Origin: a virus
Taxonomy: Duplodnaviria; Heunggongvirae; Uroviricota; Caudoviricetes
Reading direction: 5' to 3' (one strand)
Virus record (IMG/VR): IMGVR_UViG_3300044765_000092
Span: 30,679-94,678 of that record
DNA: 64,000 bases
Numbering within the stretch: position 1 is the stretch's first letter; each line of letters opens with the position of its first letter. This document shows positions 57,388 through 64,000 of the stretch, piece by piece. Under the pieces are notes generated by a model, which worked only from the letters and a program-made list of their open reading frames with translations, did no database searches and was not told where the DNA came from. Made by a program: the position numbers and the translations under genes.

Positions 57388-58150
57388 CACGAAGTCTGGC
57401 TGCACGAATGACAGGTAACACCAATTGTTGATCGAGCCAGCGATCCACTTCCTTGCGCTTCGGTGTCCGTTTGCCCGGCACAACAATAGTGCCTGGAACC
57501 TTGATCGAATAGCCGACGACCGCGTGGTTTTCGTTCACGTAGCGGACCCACACTGTGATGTTTGGTGCCAGCACCTTGGACCAGCGATTGTCGACCCCTC
57601 GCAGGAATCGTGGGCTCGGTACTTGATTCAACCACTTTTCAAACGTGGGGTCCTTCACCCTGTAGAGTTCGGCCCACGATTCAAAGGTCAGCCCGGTGTC
57701 ACCACGCTTGTATTCACGGAACGCCTTGCGCACACGCACACGCTGAAAGAACCCGGTCTCGTCGAAGAATTTGACGATCGTGAGTCGGGCGCTGCGCAGA
57801 TACTCACGCACATAGTCGTTCTTGGCGCTGTCGGTGTCGTCCTTAAAGGGCGAAACACCTTCGGCTTCGCAACGACGCAGGAACTCAATGATCGCGTTGT
57901 GCCACGCCAAATCCAAAGAACCCCAGGCACGAAGCTGCTTCTTGAACTCCGGGTCCGAGACCATGGAGATCCACACCTTCTGTGACTGGGGACTGAATCG
58001 TTGAGGAAAGCCAGCAACACCGGGCCACCGGCTAAACTGCGAGCTCGGCACCCCGATGATCGATAGGTCTGTCAAGCTTTCGCTACCGCTGGATCCAGCG
58101 GCAGTGATCACCAGCACTCCGGTGTCGACCGCAATCTGGTTCATACTCAT
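57365..58150 (-). CDS. hypothetical protein
   Basis: GGAG RBS; ATGA overlap. Confidence 0.65.
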   Translation of the reverse strand: MSMNQIAVDTGVLVITAAGSSGSESLTDLSIIGVPSSQFSRWPGVAGFPQRFSPQSQKVWISMVSDPEFKKQLRAWGSLDLAWHNAIIEFLRRCEAEGVSPFKDDTDSAKNDYVREYLRSARLTIVKFFDETGFFQRVRVRKAFREYKRGDTGLTFESWAELYRVKDPTFEKWLNQVPSPRFLRGVDNRWSKVLAPNITVWVRYVNENHAVVGYSIKVPGTIVVPGKRTPKRKEVDRWLDQQLVLPVIRAARLRDVSNRLF

Positions 58151-58608
58151 AGGTTGCTCCATTCCTTCATAGACTCGCGAATGGTTTCCTCGGTGTGTGG
58201 GTCGGCCAGCAGCATCTTCACCTTTGGGTGCAGTGGTTTAGGCCAATGCCCATAGTCGACCCAACGACTGGCTGTCGACTCCCAGCTGATCTTTGGCTTG
58301 TACTGAGTTGGGACCACAACCAAGTGATTGTGGTAGTGGACATCCGGGCTCTTACTGATCCAAAGGGGCTTGACACCCAAGATCCGACCACGATATCCAG
58401 TCTCTTCCCACAATTCACGATGTAGTGCCTGCGTCAGAGTCTCGCCCTCGTCGACGCCACCACCGAACGTGCCCCAAACAGCCGGCTCTTCGACCGCGTA
58501 ACTTCGCAGGTCAAACAGGAATCGATGCGTGTCTGACGACATGAGCAACGCACCTACTGCCACATGAACGCTGCCTGTACGTGCTTGCTCGATCAAAATT
58601 CGTTTCAT
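58147..58608 (-). CDS. Nudix hydrolase with MKRI leader
   Basis: GGGVDEGETLTQALHRELWEETG; PLHP; starts MKRILIEQA. Confidence 0.9.
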   Translation of the reverse strand: MKRILIEQARTGSVHVAVGALLMSSDTHRFLFDLRSYAVEEPAVWGTFGGGVDEGETLTQALHRELWEETGYRGRILGVKPLWISKSPDVHYHNHLVVVPTQYKPKISWESTASRWVDYGHWPKPLHPKVKMLLADPHTEETIRESMKEWSNL

Positions 58609-58617
58609 GGTCTCCCT

Positions 58618-58824
58618 TTAGACATGAGCCAGAATCCATGTAGCCATGTCCCACAGACCAATCATCATACCTACAGCGGCAATCGCTGCACCCAATGGTA
58701 CAAGGGTCGCGTATTTACCGCCACGACCCTCAGGGTCAGCACAGGCGATGACGCCAAAGCCGAAGACAACAATGCCAACGGCGATCATAATTGGGGACAG
58801 AAGCCACATCAGGTTGGTTCTCAC
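58618..58824 (-). CDS. small two-TM membrane protein
   Basis: Two hydrophobic helices. Confidence 0.55.
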   Translation of the reverse strand: MRTNLMWLLSPIMIAVGIVVFGFGVIACADPEGRGGKYATLVPLGAAIAAVGMMIGLWDMATWILAHV

Positions 58825-59552
58825 TTCAGAGCGTTAAACACTTTGGTCTCGACCTCCAAATACTTGGTGGTCATATCTTGCGCAAGACTCTTGGCCAGCT
58901 CTCGAAGCTCGTTGCTGTATGGCTGCAATTGATCGGGCTTGAGCATATGCTCGGTGCTCTTACGCAGACCGTGGTGCTGCGTAATCAGGTTCTGCGCTAT
59001 GTCCATGAACGCGGGTCTCAGTACTTCTTCGCAGATGTTGCGAGCAATGTGCCTGCGATCGTGGTCAGATTGAATGTCAGTTATCAGCTCTCGAATCTGG
59101 CTGATCAGCGTGACAAACGCATAGGTGCCTTTGGCACCACCGCTATCGCGCAGGAACTTCTCTGCGTCGGGCAGTACGTCGATCACAGTCTGAAGCAGTC
59201 GCTTCTTCAAGAGAGTGAGCGCACCATCATTGTCGTTGGACTCCAACATGTCAATGATGACCTGCGCATTGGCCCCAAAATTGGCAACGATCGATCGTTG
59301 TTCGCGCACGCTCAATGTGGTCGCGTTCTGGCCCGCGGCGGCTGGCAACACCGCCACAGCCCTGGATTTTACCACAGGCGCGGGTTGCTTGGTAGATTCC
59401 CTATCAGTTTGTAGGGGTTTCTGCTTCTTGGTCTTGGAGGTGACCTCGAACTCGCTGTCCTTAGACCGCTTCTTCTTGTTCAGTTTGGACCTGGGTGTCG
59501 AACTATCCACGAACGACACTTTGGGACCTGGACGAGGTTTCTTGTTCAGCAT
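58821..59552 (-). CDS. hypothetical helical protein (basic N-terminus)
   Basis: Long ORF with phage codon usage. Confidence 0.65.
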   Translation of the reverse strand: MLNKKPRPGPKVSFVDSSTPRSKLNKKKRSKDSEFEVTSKTKKQKPLQTDRESTKQPAPVVKSRAVAVLPAAAGQNATTLSVREQRSIVANFGANAQVIIDMLESNDNDGALTLLKKRLLQTVIDVLPDAEKFLRDSGGAKGTYAFVTLISQIRELITDIQSDHDRRHIARNICEEVLRPAFMDIAQNLITQHHGLRKSTEHMLKPDQLQPYSNELRELAKSLAQDMTTKYLEVETKVFNALK

Positions 59553-59565
59553 GCTGGTTAGCTGG

Positions 59566-59997
59566 TCAGTCGTTGTTTAGTACGATGGTGACGAATCCAC
59601 CCGGTCCCTGGTAACAGAGAGCAGTTTCATAGTCACCCATCGGCCGCATTTTCCCGGAGCCCCCAACGTGGCTGAAGATCGCAGGTGCAGCGGCCAGTAA
59701 GCCCCGCATACTGTCAAACTTTTTGATCAGCTTTGGAACTTCGTCCACCCAGACGAACACGCCGCTATCACCTTTCACGTTGTATCCACGGGCTATAGCC
59801 AGTGCCGGCTTTCCGTTGAACGTGTACGGATCTTCGCCACGCTTTTTCTTGAGTTCAACAAAGTCATCAAACCCCGTTTCGCTGTACGCGAGCGGCTCCT
59901 CGCGTCCAAAATAGGCGCCGTACTCTAGTTCAATCACCTTACTAGGGTTTGCAGCACTGACTTTTAGTCGCGCTAGAGCTTGAGTTTTGGTCTTCAT
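59566..59997 (-). CDS. hypothetical protein with TQALARL leader
   Basis: Starts MKTKTQALARLKVSA. Confidence 0.65.
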   Translation of the reverse strand: MKTKTQALARLKVSAANPSKVIELEYGAYFGREEPLAYSETGFDDFVELKKKRGEDPYTFNGKPALAIARGYNVKGDSGVFVWVDEVPKLIKKFDSMRGLLAAAPAIFSHVGGSGKMRPMGDYETALCYQGPGGFVTIVLNND

Positions 59998-60001
59998 CAG
60001 A

Positions 60002-60283
60002 TCACCATTCCTTGAGAAGGACACGGACGTTCAACATTCCACCGCCACTGCGGAGAAACAGGATCAATTTGTGCTGAGCTAGTGCCTGATACTGAGCTAC
60101 ATTGAGTTGCAGCGAGTCGCACTCAAACTGCAAAGACTCAGATGTCGCGGTCAGATATTCGTAGCCAGAGGCGCGAGGCTTGAGGATCGTCAGCGCCTGT
60201 TGATGCCAGGGCAGTAGTTCAACCTTTCGTGCTGGCGGTCTAGCCGTTTCGCTGCTCAGTCGAGCTAGAGCCTGTGTCCTCAT
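60002..60283 (-). CDS. hypothetical protein with TQALARL leader
   Basis: Starts MRTQALARLSSETA; AAAGG RBS. Confidence 0.65.
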   Translation of the reverse strand: MRTQALARLSSETARPPARKVELLPWHQQALTILKPRASGYEYLTATSESLQFECDSLQLNVAQYQALAQHKLILFLRSGGGMLNVRVLLKEW

Positions 60284-60287
60284 CAGG

Positions 60288-60527
60288 TCAACCTTTCTTC
60301 CACTTACGTGCGTTGAGCGCGTAGTTGAGCATCTTGCGCACATGCGCGTTCTTGCTGGTCTTGAGCTTTTCCTTGATCAAGCTGACCGGAATTTTCTGTC
60401 CTTCCGGAACGCCCAGATACTTGTGCAACCGACCTTTATGCGACGGAGCGATCGATACGTCGGCCTGCTCCGTTTTTGGGTAGTCGCGCACTTCGAGGCG
60501 CAACCTCGCTAATGCTTGGGTCTTCAT
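60288..60527 (-). CDS. small basic protein with TQALARL leader
   Basis: Starts MKTQALARLRLEV; KGRLHKYLGVPEGQKIP motif. Confidence 0.65.
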   Translation of the reverse strand: MKTQALARLRLEVRDYPKTEQADVSIAPSHKGRLHKYLGVPEGQKIPVSLIKEKLKTSKNAHVRKMLNYALNARKWKKG

Positions 60528-60982
60528 CGGAGATCCCACTCTAGAGTTAAATGAACTACAACCATTGGTTTGCCCTTGCTCCACGCTGGGAGTAAAAGCA
60601 AACGAGTGGATGCACGATCAGTTATGTGAATCTTCCAGCTGGGAGCAATCATCGGCATAACCCACGAGTTGTACCCGGTCGCCACTCCGTAGATCACATC
60701 GACATGTTGATAGTGAGCAAGATACGCAGCGTACAAGCTGTTCTTGCGCACTGAGTTGCGGTATGCACCGACTACGTAGTCGTTGTCAACTATAGCATAC
60801 GCACCTGGGTTGAAATCGTTGAAGTGATGCGGTGGTACATGGATACTACCCACGTGGACACCCACCTCAGTGACTTCTGCACCAGTAAGATCGACGTTGG
60901 CTCGTGCTGGAACGGAGAACATGAGGCCAATGGCTAACGTCGCGCCTAAGATCAAAGCACGGGAAACCTTTGCCAGATTCAT
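60524..60982 (-). CDS. PagP-like outer-membrane beta-barrel protein
   Basis: Sec signal (ARA|N); SIH..FNDFNPG, GAYRNS..S.Y, GVATGY, amphipathic C-terminal strand. Confidence 0.6.
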   Translation of the reverse strand: MNLAKVSRALILGATLAIGLMFSVPARANVDLTGAEVTEVGVHVGSIHVPPHHFNDFNPGAYAIVDNDYVVGAYRNSVRKNSLYAAYLAHYQHVDVIYGVATGYNSWVMPMIAPSWKIHITDRASTRLLLLPAWSKGKPMVVVHLTLEWDLR

Positions 60983-61308
60983 GATTCAGTCCGATCATGA
61001 CACTTATCCAGCGCTTTGTCCAGTTCCTGGATGTGCTGGCGCATTCCCTCACTGATTTGGATCAAACTTTCGAGCCCCACCTTTGGCAGAATCACGACCT
61101 TACCTTTGACCAGGACCGGAACCTTTGTTCCGTCAGGCAAAGTGAAGAAGCCGACGGTAGTCGGCTCCTCCGCATCTAGCTTCTGTTGATCAGTCTGTGT
61201 CGACTGGGAATCGTTGTCGGGACTGGCGGTCGTAGCGTTACGCGAACAAGAGACTAGGGCACAGCAAACCACCAAGGCCAATGCCAGTCTCGACAGAACG
61301 ATTCTCAT
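60979..61308 (-). CDS. lipoprotein
   Basis: Signal peptide with lipobox LVSC. Confidence 0.65.
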   Translation of the reverse strand: MRIVLSRLALALVVCCALVSCSRNATTASPDNDSQSTQTDQQKLDAEEPTTVGFFTLPDGTKVPVLVKGKVVILPKVGLESLIQISEGMRQHIQELDKALDKCHDRTES

Positions 61309-61326
61309 ACAACAGCCTTACTCAGT

Positions 61327-61605
61327 TCAGGCTGGAACGCTAGCGACCAGATCACTGATCACTGCGGTTTCGAGCACATTGGTCAGGACAATGGCTTGAA
61401 TGCCATTGTCCTCACGTTCGTGCGTCATGTAATACTGCAGATTGCCAGAGCTATCGTAGTCCCCTTGGGAGATGAAACGCAGAGTATGCGTGTGGATCCC
61501 AACGGTGACACGCGGCCACACTTGCGTGGCGACCACTTGGCTAACAGTGCGCGAGTCACTGTTGTTGACTGCAGGCTTGGTGTTGTCAACGTATTGAACA
61601 GGCAT
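61327..61605 (-). CDS. hypothetical, probable virion protein
   Basis: GAGGAG RBS before ATG 61605. Confidence 0.6.
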   Translation of the reverse strand: MPVQYVDNTKPAVNNSDSRTVSQVVATQVWPRVTVGIHTHTLRFISQGDYDSSGNLQYYMTHEREDNGIQAIVLTNVLETAVISDLVASVPA

Positions 61606-61621
61606 CTTGGTACTCCTCTGA

Positions 61622-62431
61622 TTAGGCGAACGACATCGAGTTGATGATATCGATGACCTTTTGCAGATAGTCCGGAGCGTAGCTGCCATAGAGCTTGGTG
61701 TAATACTCGACGAGAGCTTCACGACCCATGCCCGGAACGGCGGCCACTTCGGCACCCATGGCCTTGACATCATCACCGTCAAAGTTCATGACGTGCACGA
61801 CTTGATCGGGGGTAACGTCCACAGGTGTATCAGCGCCCATAGCCAGAACGGAGAACGTTTCGCCATTGTCGGTTTGACCAGCGACCACGTAACCGAATTC
61901 AACTTCCTCGCTATCCTTGCCGACAAAGGCAGCGAACTCGCGTTCGAGCACACGCTCAGACGCCACTTGCGCCAACTGTGGATCACCAGCGCGACGGGCC
62001 GACGCCAGATGCACCAGCTGCGACAGGTCTTCATTGCCGTGCTTGACCAGATACTTGGCACCAGCGTTTTCACGCACATCCCACATGGACTTGTCGGTGT
62101 CGTCCATCAGGAGATTGCTGGCCATCACACGCTTACCCTTGAGGGCTTCCTCCGAGTACTCCACCACTTCAGCGTTGGCACGCACGAAACCGATGGCTGA
62201 GCTGATCTCGCCGTTGCGGAACAGGGTGCGGAACGAGTCGGCAACCGGACTACCCAAGCTCTTCAGACGCTTGCTGATAGCCGCACGCGCTTCTTCCTTG
62301 GACTTGGGTTGGCCGCTATAGGTGACAACCACCCGAGCCAGAGTCGGGGTCACCATCTTGTAGTCGGCAATGGACACAGCAAACGTGCTGATGCTGTTGA
62401 GGCTAGAAAGGTCGAAATTGCGAATCTGCAT
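61622..62431 (-). CDS. probable virion (head) protein
   Basis: Highly biased codon usage; downstream of TAATTT motif; VMA|S and HLA|S sites. Confidence 0.55.
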   Translation of the reverse strand: MQIRNFDLSSLNSISTFAVSIADYKMVTPTLARVVVTYSGQPKSKEEARAAISKRLKSLGSPVADSFRTLFRNGEISSAIGFVRANAEVVEYSEEALKGKRVMASNLLMDDTDKSMWDVRENAGAKYLVKHGNEDLSQLVHLASARRAGDPQLAQVASERVLEREFAAFVGKDSEEVEFGYVVAGQTDNGETFSVLAMGADTPVDVTPDQVVHVMNFDGDDVKAMGAEVAAVPGMGREALVEYYTKLYGSYAPDYLQKVIDIINSMSFA

Positions 62432-62441
62432 GATCGTGCTC

Positions 62442-62939
62442 TTACAGGTAGATGTCCTCGGGGTCGATCTCTTTTTCGACCTCCTCGACAGATGGATAGT
62501 CAGCGACAGTCGCTTCGTCTTGAAGCTCGGCCATCATACGATAGACGCGCTCTTCAAACTGTTGCGGCGATTCACCAACCACGGCCGCAAGCATGTGAAC
62601 TTGCGCTTCGGTAGGTTGTGGGCAGTAGAGGAAGAAAGCGAGAACGAAGTCGTCGATCGGGTCTTGCGGTTCTAGGTCTTGAACATCGCTCAGCGTTTCG
62701 CCGTCGTACAGTTGGATCTCGGGATCTTCTTCAACTGCTTGATCGACATCAGAGCCGAACATGCGGAACACGATTTCCTCGAGTTGAGGAACAGTCATGT
62801 TCATCGACTGTGCAAGCATGTGGACTTGTTCGTCGGATGGCGTATCAAACGCTTCCAGGAACTTGTCGATCACTTGCTCAACCACAAACTCCGGATCAAC
62901 GACATCTGCGAGAGCAGGAGTCGGATTGGAGGTAGACAT
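62442..62939 (-). CDS. acidic protein with duplicated helical domain
   Basis: Two copies of P(S/T)..QVHMLA......Q.EE.V.RM. Confidence 0.65.
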   Translation of the reverse strand: MSTSNPTPALADVVDPEFVVEQVIDKFLEAFDTPSDEQVHMLAQSMNMTVPQLEEIVFRMFGSDVDQAVEEDPEIQLYDGETLSDVQDLEPQDPIDDFVLAFFLYCPQPTEAQVHMLAAVVGESPQQFEERVYRMMAELQDEATVADYPSVEEVEKEIDPEDIYL

Positions 62940-62984
62940 ATCAGTCTTTCAGGGATTAGGGAAAGCGGCCTCAGATGGGCGAGA

Positions 62985-62992
62985 TTAAATTA
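62985..62992 (-). promoter_or_regulatory. TAATTTAA late-promoter-like motif
   Basis: About 45 nt upstream of start 62939. Confidence 0.45.
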
Positions 62993-63292
62993 GCTGCTTC
63001 GGCTACGTCCAGAAAGATGCGGATGGCGCCGATCATGGCAGGCTTTGCAGAGCGTTATGAGGTTTGCTTTTGTCGTGGTACCACCGCGAGACAAGGGTTT
63101 GATATGATGCACTTCGTGGTAAACACCGAGCTTCGGTTTCTCCGGTGTCTTGCACGACACACAGCAATACATGTCGCGGACCTTGACGGCCTTACTAATC
63201 TCGTACCACGATGTTCCAGCATTCTTGTTCGAATAGGAGTCACGGACAATACGCGTGACCCCACTCTTATTTCGTCGGAAGATCGGTTTCAC
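62990..63292 (-). CDS. small HNH endonuclease (HK97 gp74-like)
   Basis: VKVRDMYCCVSC...EVHHIKPLSRGG....NLITLCKACHDRRH. Confidence 0.88.
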   Translation of the reverse strand: MKPIFRRNKSGVTRIVRDSYSNKNAGTSWYEISKAVKVRDMYCCVSCKTPEKPKLGVYHEVHHIKPLSRGGTTTKANLITLCKACHDRRHPHLSGRSRSS

Positions 63293-63783
63293 TGCATCGA
63301 CCTCAGATATCGTCCAATAGTGTCCAGTGCATTTTCGTATGTTGCGACAGATACCCCATCAAGTTCCTTTATGGCCAAGTAGTGAGCTTCACCACCTAGA
63401 TCTTCGTCTTTCTCCGCCATCACGAAAGGATTCTTGTCTGGGTACTTCTTCCTAGCTAGATTGATCGATAATCTAGCTTCAACGTACTCGTGTTGCAAGG
63501 TGTGAACAATTTCCCATTCTAAGCCAGCCTTGATCAACTTATCCCAGTACGACTGTTGAAAGTAGATTGTGATAGCTCCAGTGAAATCGATCGTCCAAGT
63601 TGCTACCCAATCACCGACTGAATTGTTCTCAGTTCTATCCTTGGGGTGTCTTTCAGTTAACGAAAGACTAGTCCGCGGAAATGGCACAGTTCTAGATTTT
63701 ATGAATGGTGCGTACTTAGGTACTTGCGCTAACGAGCGCTTAAGCCACGGCGGGTAAGGTGACAGTATTTGAATACGTTTCAT
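63289..63783 (-). CDS. metallopeptidase-like protein with MKRI leader
   Basis: HEYVE...AH zinc-site-like pattern; starts MKRIQILS; lower GC. Confidence 0.5.
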   Translation of the reverse strand: MKRIQILSPYPPWLKRSLAQVPKYAPFIKSRTVPFPRTSLSLTERHPKDRTENNSVGDWVATWTIDFTGAITIYFQQSYWDKLIKAGLEWEIVHTLQHEYVEARLSINLARKKYPDKNPFVMAEKDEDLGGEAHYLAIKELDGVSVATYENALDTIGRYLRSMQ

Positions 63784-64000
63784 TGCTCTGGGTCTTTCGG
63801 CATGATCTCAGACATGGGCATATCACGTGTCATGAACGGATACTCATCGCCGTCTAGCCCTTGATGTTGATGCGATTCGGCTTGCTGTTCGTGACGGTTC
63901 TTACGTTCGAGCATCACTGTTTGACCAGCCCGCTTCTGTTGTTGAGCCTGCTGCATCACCTGTTCAGCAGGCTTGGACCACGGGATGCGAATCAACCGCG
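63780..64000 (-). CDS. hypothetical protein, C-terminal part (start outside window)
   Basis: ATGA overlap with next gene. Confidence 0.5.
   Translation of the reverse strand, partial: RLIRIPWSKPAEQVMQQAQQQKRAGQTVMLERKNRHEQQAESHQHQGLDGDEYPFMTRDMPMSEIMPKDPEQ

Noticed and set aside
1-64000. Stop-codon reassignment, tRNAs, inteins
   Set aside because: Genes tile densely in the standard code, ending in all three stop codons. No cloverleaf or intein splice motifs were seen by eye, so tRNAscan would be needed to be sure.

Overview
This 64 kb window is a gene-dense segment of a large dsDNA tailed phage, probably a jumbo myovirus. Its overall make-up recalls RSL1/Lu11-like phages, but that is recollection, not a database result. 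It has no host housekeeping genes, rRNA, recognisable tRNA or CRISPR array. Layout: a partial minus-strand primase (1-501), a plus-strand block (602-31083), a bidirectional terminator, then a minus-strand block (31130-64000). Replication and recombination genes: DnaG-type primase, DnaB, a degenerate DnaC-like loader, a beta-like clamp, a DnaX-like clamp loader, a family A polymerase with an N-terminal UDG-like domain, a separate 5'-3' flap nuclease, SSB, RecA, SbcCD, UvsW- and SNF2-type helicases, a Cas4-like nuclease, NAD-dependent ligase and topoisomerase IB. Other genes include a sigma factor that appears to lack region 4, TerL, portal and nucleotide-pool enzymes. Highlights: (1) about 13 unrelated proteins, including the ligase, topoisomerase IB, a Nudix, a GNAT and a metalloprotease-like protein, share short N-terminal leaders (MKRI-x(3-6)-[A/S] or MxTQALARL...) that look like cleavable capsid-targeting peptides; (2) a complete group I (IA2-like) intron carrying an HNH gene splits the G|NHD active-site motif of sbcD; (3) two recurrent promoter-like motifs occur, TGTAAAT(G) before replication genes and TAATTT(G/A)A before virion genes; (4) a PagP-like outer-membrane barrel, an unannotated Rmf-like microprotein and an SSB with a very long charge-block tail ending in DDDVPF. 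All functional calls come from motif recognition by eye.
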